DNA of 64,000 bases from an uncultured Clostridia bacterium (GCA_946403295.1 CAMIZL010000004.1:7113-71112), one strand, 5' to 3'; positions 37,542 through 44,427 are shown, counted from the first letter of the stretch. Program-made: numbers and translations. Notes: a model not told the origin generated them from the letters alone.

Positions 37542-38681
37542 ATGGACGGAATAATAAACATTTATAAAGAGCAGGGTTACACATCGCATGATGTGATAGC
37601 CCGAATGCGTGGGATATCCGGTCAGCGAAGAGCAGGGCACACGGGAACACTCGATCCCGATGCCGAAGGTGTGCTTCCTGTATGTCTCGGAACGGCGACG
37701 CGGGTTGTCGAGATGCTCACGGACACTGATAAAACATACGAAGCGGTCGTTCTTCTCGGACTTTCCACCGACACGGAAGATATCTCAGGAGAGATCGTAT
37801 CATACGGACAGGACAGCCTTTCGAAACTCACCGACGGCGATATTATAGAAGCGGTCATGGGTTTCAAAGGAGAATATATGCAGATACCGCCTGTATATTC
37901 GGCTATAAAGCAGGGCGGAAAGAAACTTTGCGAGCTCGCGAGGGAAGGAAAGGAATCGACTCCCGAGGCAAGAAGTGTTAACATAAAAGATATAGAAGTC
38001 ATGTCCGATATCGTGGACGGAAAATTAAAAAGCGAGACTCGTTTCGTTCGCGCAAAAGACGCGCAGGACGAAAAAGAGGAAGACGAAGCTTCGGGAAGCC
38101 GTGCGGGTGCGGACGCCGATATATGCGTTATGCACTTGAAAGAAGGTTCATGCATGGACAGATTCGGTGCGAGCGGCGGATCCGAGGATGACAGGTTCAA
38201 ACGAAACAGCGATCCCGAATGGGCCAAGAACGAGGAGGTGCTCAATCTTCCGGTCAAAAGGTTCGTGGTCAGGATCGAATGCTCGAAAGGGACATATATC
38301 AGGTCTTTGTGCAGGGATATCGGTGAAAAGCTCGGTTGCTGCGCGACAATGGAGAAACTTATCAGAACGAGAGTCGGAAATCTCGGGATCGGGAGCAGCC
38401 TGACGCTCGGCGAAGCGCAGGAACTCGCGGGAAAAGGCGAACTTGAAGGTGCTTTGATCGCAACGGATCAGTGTTTTACGGATCTGCCCGCGCTTCATAC
38501 GAAAGAAAAATATGATCAGGTGCTTGAGAACGGCAATATCATGTTCTTCAGACATTTTAAAGAGTACATCAAAGAGCCGGCTTCACCTGTAAGGGTTTAT
38601 ACGTCAAAAGGAACGTTCCTCGCCGTATATGAATTCGAGGAACGCCGCAAATTGTATAAGCCGCTTAAAATGTTTACATAA
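37542..38681 (+). CDS. truB: tRNA pseudouridine(55) synthase TruB with ~80-aa internal insertion
   Basis: 379 aa with GHTGTLDPDAEGVLPV (catalytic Asp motif), QIPPVYSAIK and CSKGTYIRSL. An acidic insertion lies between the RxVxI strand and CSKGTYIR. Confidence 0.9.
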   Translation: MDGIINIYKEQGYTSHDVIARMRGISGQRRAGHTGTLDPDAEGVLPVCLGTATRVVEMLTDTDKTYEAVVLLGLSTDTEDISGEIVSYGQDSLSKLTDGDIIEAVMGFKGEYMQIPPVYSAIKQGGKKLCELAREGKESTPEARSVNIKDIEVMSDIVDGKLKSETRFVRAKDAQDEKEEDEASGSRAGADADICVMHLKEGSCMDRFGASGGSEDDRFKRNSDPEWAKNEEVLNLPVKRFVVRIECSKGTYIRSLCRDIGEKLGCCATMEKLIRTRVGNLGIGSSLTLGEAQELAGKGELEGALIATDQCFTDLPALHTKEKYDQVLENGNIMFFRHFKEYIKEPASPVRVYTSKGTFLAVYEFEERRKLYKPLKMFT

Positions 38682-38697
38682 CGGGGGGAATGGGTAT

Positions 38698-39261
38698 ATG
38701 GAGATTTACACATATCCTGACATCAATCTGAAAGATACAGCCGTTACGATCGGCAAGTTTGACGGGGTGCACAGCGGACACCGCTTCCTTATCAACGTTC
38801 TTAAGGAAAAGGCCAAGGAGAAAAACCTGAAGACCGTTGTATTTGTGGTGGATATGGACGATGACACGTCGGGAAGATTTGACATCGGAATGCGCAAGAA
38901 GAAAGAAACGCGCATGCTCACGACCTGGGACGAGAAGGTCAGGAAGTTTGAAGAGATGGGCGTTGACATTGTTGTGCGCTGTCCCTTCACCAGAAAGGTT
39001 TCCATGCTCAGGCCGATGATGTTTGCAAAGGATGTCCTTGCAAGAAAGCTCGGCTGCAAGATAATGGTCTGCGGTGACGATTTCCATTACGGAAGACTCG
39101 CATCGGGCGATATAAACAAGCTTGAAGTATACGGTGAGAGATACGGCTACGAGACGATAACCGTTGAACGCCTCAAGGCGGACGGCGAGGTCGTAAGCTC
39201 CACAAGGATCAGAGAATTGATCGAAAGCGGAAAGCAGGATGAAGCTGACAAGCTTTTGTGA
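38698..39261 (+). CDS. ribF: FMN adenylyltransferase (FAD synthetase) domain only; riboflavin kinase domain absent
   Basis: 187 aa from ATG 38698 with TIGKFDGVHSGH and SSTRIRELI motifs of the RibF N-terminal domain. The ORF stops where the kinase domain normally begins. Confidence 0.8.
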   Translation: MEIYTYPDINLKDTAVTIGKFDGVHSGHRFLINVLKEKAKEKNLKTVVFVVDMDDDTSGRFDIGMRKKKETRMLTTWDEKVRKFEEMGVDIVVRCPFTRKVSMLRPMMFAKDVLARKLGCKIMVCGDDFHYGRLASGDINKLEVYGERYGYETITVERLKADGEVVSSTRIRELIESGKQDEADKLL

Positions 39262-39289
39262 TGTTCAAAAATATTTTATTATTTATTGA

Positions 39290-39354
39290 TTGACATATTC
39301 GGTCTATAGTTGTAAACTGATCGTAGGTCTAGAGTTATAGACCTACGATCTTTT
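39290..39354 (+). promoter_or_regulatory. promoter-like hexamers followed by a perfect 12-bp-arm palindrome plus T-tract
   Basis: TTGACA (39290-95), 17 nt, TAAACT (39313-18). Then GATCGTAGGTCT-N8-AGACCTACGATC (39319-39350) followed by TTTT. This could be the ribF terminator and/or an operator for the downstream M56 gene. Confidence 0.45.
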
Positions 39355-39543
39355 GCTGTGGAAACAGGCCTGTGCGCAGGGTCAGTGGCTACGGCGATCC
39401 CGGCCGGAAAGATCAACTTATTACGAAAACAATGAAAGTGAAAATCCGGACCCCACGAACCTTTGGGCACGTGAGGTCCGGATAAGAAGCATGAAAGACT
39501 TTACACCCTAAGACCGGCATACGGACTTGAAAGGATCCCTCGC

Positions 39544-41619
39544 ATGAAGACTTTTTTGGAATTATTGCTGAGAATGAGCGCATACGGAAGCATCGCGGTG
39601 CTTCTGGTGCTTGTGCTGCGTTTACTGTTCAAAAAGTTCCCGAAGAAGACGGTCATCCTTTTCTGGATCGTGGCTGCGATAAGGCTCGTGTGTCCCTTCA
39701 ATTTCGAGACACCCGTGAGCCTCATAAAACTCGCACCGCAAAGCGTCCGAAGCAGTCTTGAGCCTGTCGGAACAAATGATCCGCAAACAATCCTCGAAGA
39801 TATAACCCTCGGGGGAGATGCGAGTGATCCGCAAACATCCTTCGGAGGTGTGGTTTCCGAGGATAGTGCTGATCTGCGAACATCCTTCGGAGGTGTGGTT
39901 CCCGAGGATAGTGCTGATCTGCGAACATCCTTCGGAGGTGTGGTTTCCGAGGATAGTGCTGATCTGCGAACATCCTTCGGAGGTGTGGTTCCCGAGGATA
40001 GTGCTGATATGCAAACATCCCGGGGAGGTGTGGTTCTCGGGGAGGATGTGAGTAATCCACAAACATCCCTCGGAGGTGTGGTTCTCGAGGATAGTGCTGA
40101 TACACAAACATCCCGGGGAGGCGTGGTACCCGAGGATAGTGCTGATACGCAAACATCCCGGGGAGGCGTGGTTCTCGAGGATAAAGGTACGCGCGAATAC
40201 GAAACGGATGAAACGATCGGATTCGCTGTCACGGCGGTTTCCGAGGCCAACGCATCTCTTACGGGTATCATGTTCATTATATGGATCATCGGTGCTGCCG
40301 CGGTCGTTATCTATGTAACAGTCGGCTTCGTAAGAACGAACAGGCTTGTTGCGCGTCTCTTCAGACGTTCCGGCAATTATCTCGAGTCCGAACGGATCAA
40401 TACGCCGTTTGTTTGCGGCATCTTCAGTCCAAAGATCTGTGTTCCCACGTCGCTTGATATGAGTGAAAAGGATTACATGCTTCTCCATGAGCAGATACAT
40501 ATCAAAAATCATGACGCAATCGTCAAAGCGTTCGCGATTGTTGTGCTTTGCCTGCACTGGTTTAACCCGCTTGTATGGGTTGCCGTAAGGTTGTGCATGA
40601 GCGACCTCGAAATGCGCTGCGATGAGGAAGTTGTCGACATCCTCGGTGAAAGGATCAGAAAGGATTATTGCCTCTCGATCGTTAACCACGCGACTGACGA
40701 CACAAATATCCGCGTCTTTACTACGGCTTTTGCTAAGAAATCTATAAGCAGAATGGAGATCAAGATGAGGATCAAAAACCTGATAAACTATAAAAAAGTA
40801 TCAAAACTTACAACGCTCACTGTTCTTACAATAGCGCTCGCCGCAACGTTTATTCTCACGTCATGTGCAGACACTCCCGCAACCGAGGCTGCGGTTGCGG
40901 CAAACAAAAGTAACGGGGAGATCAAGATCGCGATAGGAGATACATCCGCAGCGGAAACGGGCGATACGATCGTGTATGATACAGGATCAACACAGTCCGG
41001 TTCGATTTCTGTTACGGAGGAAGTTGCGGGCGATGGCGAAACCGAGAAGACCTATATCGTAGTCAGCGATGAAAACGAGAACATTGTAAAATATGTCCGC
41101 ATCGAGAATGAAGACGGTTCGGTGGAGTACAGAAATGTTGAAACGAATGATATCGTCGGTGAAGGTGAGCTCGCTTACAGTATATCAATCAATACGACAG
41201 AAGGTGGGTTCGACGTCGTGGAAGGTGAGGATGCGGATGTAATCCTGAAATATTGCAAAGTGTATAATGACGGCATTCATGAAATTGAAAGATCAAACGG
41301 CGATAAGTTCCTTACCAGAACCTGCGAAGGTGCATATTTTGACTCGCTTGAGGAATTTAAAACCTTCTATTCCTACGATAATATCAAAAACGTCCTTGAC
41401 GGCGTGTACGAAACGGGAGATCCTCGTGTTAAGGTTGCTGCGTGGAGCCGGTTTTTAAACGAAGAGGACTGCAAGTCGGATATTGTTGAGGAGAAGAATG
41501 GCTGCTACGTCCTCACCAGAAATCTTGATAACGGAAAGATGTATTTCAGCCTGGTTTACGATTGTAAGACACACGATGTCACCAGACTTGAAAATGGAAT
41601 CCCCGATGTTGTGGGTTAA
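39544..41619 (+). CDS. M56-family (BlaR1/MecR1-like) membrane metalloprotease-fold protein with repeat insertion and non-PBP C-terminal domain
   Basis: 691 aa. Typical BlaR1 N-terminus (SAYGSIAVLLVLVLRLLFKKFPKK...FWIVAAIRLVCPF) and an HExxH motif (LLHEQIHIKNHD). A late TM helix is followed by a ~240-aa extracytoplasmic domain with no SxxK/penicillin-binding motifs. Confidence 0.8.
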   Translation: MKTFLELLLRMSAYGSIAVLLVLVLRLLFKKFPKKTVILFWIVAAIRLVCPFNFETPVSLIKLAPQSVRSSLEPVGTNDPQTILEDITLGGDASDPQTSFGGVVSEDSADLRTSFGGVVPEDSADLRTSFGGVVSEDSADLRTSFGGVVPEDSADMQTSRGGVVLGEDVSNPQTSLGGVVLEDSADTQTSRGGVVPEDSADTQTSRGGVVLEDKGTREYETDETIGFAVTAVSEANASLTGIMFIIWIIGAAAVVIYVTVGFVRTNRLVARLFRRSGNYLESERINTPFVCGIFSPKICVPTSLDMSEKDYMLLHEQIHIKNHDAIVKAFAIVVLCLHWFNPLVWVAVRLCMSDLEMRCDEEVVDILGERIRKDYCLSIVNHATDDTNIRVFTTAFAKKSISRMEIKMRIKNLINYKKVSKLTTLTVLTIALAATFILTSCADTPATEAAVAANKSNGEIKIAIGDTSAAETGDTIVYDTGSTQSGSISVTEEVAGDGETEKTYIVVSDENENIVKYVRIENEDGSVEYRNVETNDIVGEGELAYSISINTTEGGFDVVEGEDADVILKYCKVYNDGIHEIERSNGDKFLTRTCEGAYFDSLEEFKTFYSYDNIKNVLDGVYETGDPRVKVAAWSRFLNEEDCKSDIVEEKNGCYVLTRNLDNGKMYFSLVYDCKTHDVTRLENGIPDVVG
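39826..40188 (+). repeat. in-frame 45-bp tandem repeat (~8 units) inside the M56-family gene
   Basis: gatc(c/t)gc(a/g)aacatccttcggaggtgtggtt(t/c)ccgaggatagtgct units encode D(L/P/T)(R/Q)TSFGGVV(S/P)EDSA. One unit is 48 bp. Confidence 0.95.
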
Positions 41620-41705
41620 AGGAATTGTTGCATATCATAAGGCTGTGACCGGAGGGTTGCGGCCTTGTTTTTTTGCAAGATGCAAGGGCGGGGGATGGGC
41701 AGAAG

Positions 41706-41934
41706 ATGATGTTTGAGGATGAATGAGGTTGGAAAATGGGGATGTTGAATGATGAGGGTGTTGAATGGTGAGGATGTTGAATGGTGAGGGTGTTTTGAAT
41801 GGTGGGTTCTGAATGGTGGGTGTGTTGAATGGTGGGTGTGTTGAATGGTGGATGTGCTGAATGGCGGATGTGATGAATGGCGGATGTGTTGAATGGTGGG
41901 TGTGTTGAATGGTGGATGTGTTGAATGGTGGGTG
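41706..41934. repeat. 16-bp G/T-rich minisatellite (~13 units), non-coding
   Basis: (g/a)tgtgttgaatggtgg and variants lie head to tail. Exact 16-nt spacing is verified at 41821/41837. The period is not a multiple of 3. Confidence 0.95.
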
Positions 41935-41958
41935 ATAAACAAGAGTTTGACAAACCTC

Positions 41959-42113
41959 GGTCCTATAGAAAATAAGTACTTCCTGTGGACCACGAAATTT
42001 ACGAGATTTGGTCCTTGAGGGGCGAGGATTTTCTATAGGACCATATTTACCGGGAATTGGAAAAAATTGGAAGAAAAACCGGTCCACAGGGAGCATGAAT
42101 TTTCTATAGGACC
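41959..42113. repeat. nested inverted repeats (15-bp outer, 10-bp inner arms) with an extra copy of one arm
   Basis: GGTCCTATAGAAAAT (41959-73) is the reverse complement of ATTTTCTATAGGACC at 42028-42 and 42099-113. CCTGTGGACC (41982-91) is the reverse complement of GGTCCACAGG (42081-90). Confidence 0.9.
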
Positions 42114-42173
42114 AATGATATCATGACACACAACAAATACCTTATTGACATATCCTTTAATCCGAACTTGAGC

Positions 42174-42202
42174 TTGACACGGACGGAATGACGTTGTATT
42201 AT
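42174..42202 (+). promoter_or_regulatory. rpsO promoter
   Basis: TTGACA (42174-79), 17 nt, TATTAT (42197-202), followed by a ~90-nt GC-rich leader before the AAAGGAGG RBS. Confidence 0.55.
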
Positions 42203-42294
42203 ATCAGAGCATGCGGACCATGCTCAGGTGTGCGGCTTCTCCCGCCGCCATTCCGGGTTTTGGTTTTCGGTAGAATAAAAAGGAGGTCATTATT

Positions 42295-42561
42295 ATGACA
42301 AGCAAGGAAAGAAAAGCAGAAATCGTAGCTAAGTACGGTAAGAACGCACAGGACACAGGTTCAACAGAGGTTCAGGTTGCACTTCTCACAGAGAGGATCA
42401 ACGACCTTACAGCTCACCTTAAGGAGAACCAGAACGATCATCATTCAAGACGTGGTCTTTTAAAGATGGTAGGTCAGAGACGTGGGCTTCTTGAGTACCT
42501 TAAGAAGACAAATATCCAGGGTTATCGTGAACTTATCGAGAAGCTCGGTCTTCGTAAATAA
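42295..42561 (+). CDS. rpsO: 30S ribosomal protein S15
   Basis: 88 aa. [48 protein letters not shown] is unmistakable S15. Confidence 0.97.
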   Translation: MTSKERKAEIVAKYGKNAQDTGSTEVQVALLTERINDLTAHLKENQNDHHSRRGLLKMVGQRRGLLEYLKKTNIQGYRELIEKLGLRK

Positions 42562-42586
42562 TTTAAGCATCAAATCAAAAAACAGG

Positions 42587-42613
42587 CTCCGCAAAATATG
42601 CGGAGTCTTTTTT
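42587..42613 (+). terminator. rpsO intrinsic terminator
   Basis: ctccgca / aaata / tgcggag followed by tctttttt. Confidence 0.8.
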
Positions 42614-42615
42614 GT

Positions 42616-42822
42616 GCGATAAGCGAAGGCCGTCTGTTGCAAGCTTGCTTGCAATTGGATATGATACCATGGTTTGTGGTGAGAGCTTGCTCTCATGAGC
42701 AAACAGGGTATCATATCCAAAGCGGAGCGAAGCCTCGCGTACAGACGGCTGAGTGAACGGACATCGAGCGGACTTGTACGCTCGATGTCCCGTCGCATCG
42801 AGTAGGAGTCAGCCTACTCGAT
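42616..42822 (+). repeat. ~207-bp multi-hairpin dispersed element, copy 1 (candidate ncRNA or REP-like element)
   Basis: ~98% identical to 63589-63795. Starts 2 nt after the terminator T-tract. Contains stems ggatatgatacc/ggtatcatatcc, gacatcgagcg/cgctcgatgtc, atcgagtagg/cctactcgat and ggccgtctgt/acagacggc, plus two CTTG-loop hairpins. Confidence 0.9.
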
Positions 42823-42838
42823 TTCGATAAACAAATGG

Positions 42839-42931
42839 AAGCCTGTCAGGTGATAAACGAATAATAAGGAAGCCTGTCAGGTGATAAACGAATAATAAGG
42901 AAGCCTGCTAGGTGATAAATGAATAATAAGG
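42839..42931. repeat. 31-bp tandem repeat (3 units)
   Basis: aagcctgtcaggtgataaacgaataataagg occurs at 42839-69 and 42870-900, with a diverged third unit at 42901-31. Confidence 0.95.
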
Positions 42932-42988
42932 AGCTTTGTTTCGTGGAATAAACGGATTTAGAAGGCTGTCGTTACTTATATTCACGGC

Positions 42989-43017
42989 TTGATTAATACT
43001 TGTAAATCAAATAAAAT
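42989..43017 (+). promoter_or_regulatory. candidate promoter with embedded inverted repeat upstream of the DtxR/MntR-like gene
   Basis: TTGATT (42989-94), 17 nt, TAAAAT (43012-17). TTGATT...AATCAA arms bracket the spacer. Confidence 0.45.
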
Positions 43018-43057
43018 GGATGGGAAGGGGTTAAGTAAAAACAGTGGAGGTTGCGGT

Positions 43058-43423
43058 ATGCGTGAATCCGGAGAAATGTATTTGGAGACTATACATGTGC
43101 TTTCTAAGGAAAGGGCTGTTGTCAGGTCGATAGATGTGGCAGATCATATGAATTTTTCAAAACCATCGGTGAGCAGAGCGGTAAACAGGCTTAAGGATGA
43201 CGGCTATCTTGATATGTCTCCGGAAGGTTTTCTTACGCTCACATCGAAAGGTCTCGAGGTCGCTCAGACTATCTACGAGCGTCATGTAGTTCTTACAAAG
43301 ATTCTGGTGAAATTGGGCGTCAGTGAAGGAACGGCGGCTGAGGATGCATGCAAGATCGAGCATGACATAAGCGCCGAAACATTCGAAGCTCTCAAAAAAT
43401 ATGTAGCAGGACAAATAGATTAA
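43058..43423 (+). CDS. DtxR/MntR-family metal-dependent transcriptional regulator
   Basis: 121 aa from ATG 43058 (GGAGG 8 nt upstream). Motifs SGEMYLETIHVL, a winged-HTH region (IDVADHMNFSKPSVSRAVNRLKDDGYL) and the dimerisation helix ERHVVLTKILV...CKIEHDIS. Confidence 0.8.
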   Translation: MRESGEMYLETIHVLSKERAVVRSIDVADHMNFSKPSVSRAVNRLKDDGYLDMSPEGFLTLTSKGLEVAQTIYERHVVLTKILVKLGVSEGTAAEDACKIEHDISAETFEALKKYVAGQID

Positions 43424-43437
43424 AGGAAGTAGGTTTC

Positions 43438-44394
43438 GTGAACATTTTCTGTACTTGCTCCTCGGACGTAAAGACGCGGGGATCATATGAGGATCATATC
43501 GGAAACGCGGGACATAAGGTTGTTTCGGGGGACGCGCGCGCACTGCTCGGTGCGGACGCTTTGTTTATCTGCATAAGCGGAAAAGAAAACAGGGATGTTA
43601 AAGAAGATCTGAACCTCGCGCTTGACAGAGGTCTCCCGGTCGCTTATGTGATCGAGGACGGCGGCGTGCCCGATTCGGGACTTAGCATTCAGCTCGCTAT
43701 CGCAACGCGTATACCGGCTGAGGGCGGAAACGAAGCAGCGCCGGGATTGCCGGCCGAAAAGAACGAACGCTTCACAGAGGGCGGAAAAAACGAACGTTTT
43801 ACAACGGGCGGGGAAAACGAACGCTTCACAACGGGTGGAAAAAACGAACGCTTCACAACGGGCAAGGATAACGAGTCCGCCCAAATGACAAAGAAAGCAG
43901 TTCAAAAATGGCTCGAAACGGTGAGCGCGGGGATCGTTGCCGATAAAAAGAGGAAAAAGATAAGGACGGTTCTGGGCGCGGTTGCGATAATAGTATTGCT
44001 GGCAAGTGCGGGTGTACTTGCCACGACGCTTATGAACCGAAACGATACGGGCACATCACAGCAACCGTTAACAATACAGGAGCAGCTCGGGATCGATATT
44101 GAAACGCTTAAGAAAAGCGAGAAGATCGACCTTTCGGGAAAAGGGCTCGAAGACATTTCGTTTTTATCGGGATGCAAGGAGTGTAAGGAGCTCGACATAA
44201 GCGGTAACGCGATAAGCGATATAAGCGTTTTGAGCGAACTTGAGAACATCAGGGTCCTCAATATTTCGGGAAACAGGATCAATGACATAAACGTTCTTTT
44301 GACACTGAAAAATCTTGAGGAAGTCGATATCAGGGATAATCCGATCAGCGATTATACGGCGACATCGTTCCTCGGATGCGTTGTTATTCAATAA
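43438..44394 (+). CDS. single-pass membrane protein: N-terminal TIR-like module, 9-aa repeats, TM helix, C-terminal leucine-rich repeats
   Basis: 318 aa with a GTG start 8 nt after AAGGAAG. NIFCTCSS...ADALFICISGKENRDVKEDLNLALDRGLPVAYVIEDG parallels the TIR block of the next gene. TM helix IRTVLGAVAIIVLLASAGVLATTL. LRRs L-x2-L-x-(I/L)-S-G-N-x-I-x-D-I-x-x-L occur about four times. Confidence 0.7.
   Translation: MNIFCTCSSDVKTRGSYEDHIGNAGHKVVSGDARALLGADALFICISGKENRDVKEDLNLALDRGLPVAYVIEDGGVPDSGLSIQLAIATRIPAEGGNEAAPGLPAEKNERFTEGGKNERFTTGGENERFTTGGKNERFTTGKDNESAQMTKKAVQKWLETVSAGIVADKKRKKIRTVLGAVAIIVLLASAGVLATTLMNRNDTGTSQQPLTIQEQLGIDIETLKKSEKIDLSGKGLEDISFLSGCKECKELDISGNAISDISVLSELENIRVLNISGNRINDINVLLTLKNLEEVDIRDNPISDYTATSFLGCVVIQ
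43762..43869 (+). repeat. in-frame 27-bp tandem repeat (4 units) encoding NERFT(E/T)GG(K/E)
   Basis: aacgaacg(c/t)tt(c/t)aca(g/a)(a/c)gggxgg(a/g)aaa units start at 43762, 43789, 43816 and 43843. Confidence 0.9.
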
Positions 44395-44427
44395 ACGGGC
44401 ACAAGCACAGGCGGGAGGAAGTTGGGT

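Noticed and set aside
39262-39543. Remnant of a blaI/mecI-type repressor gene upstream of the M56 gene
   Set aside because: The region is too short (~280 nt) and has no frame with winged-helix-like sequence. The only ORF (63 aa, - strand) has no motif.
39501-40689. Long - strand ORFs (262 and 355 aa) and short + strand alternative-frame ORFs across the 45-bp repeat array
   Set aside because: They are artefacts of the tandem repeat, in which every frame stays open. The + strand M56 frame has the HExxH motif and a TM pattern.
41579-42096. Three overlapping - strand ORFs with His/Pro/Thr-rich repeats
   Set aside because: They are generated by the 16-bp minisatellite. A period that is not a multiple of 3 gives all frames the same pseudo-repeat, so the region is non-coding.
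42460-42798. 112-aa - strand ORF (MRRDIERTSPLDV...) and its near-twin at 63337-63771
   Set aside because: The similarity is explained by the DNA-level 208-bp repeat. Both ORFs run on into antisense rpsO or hsp20 sequence and through terminators. They have no RBS.
42616-42822. Group II intron (class C introns insert after terminators; copy 1 is preceded by GTGCG)
   Set aside because: The element is only ~207 nt. It has no domain V-like bulged hairpin with an AGC triad and no reverse-transcriptase ORF. Copy 2 reads GCGCG at the boundary.
42839-42931. Possible CRISPR array (also considered for 55921-56039, 35932-36024 and 39826-40188)
   Set aside because: The repeat units are directly contiguous with no unique spacers. 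No cas genes are present in the window.
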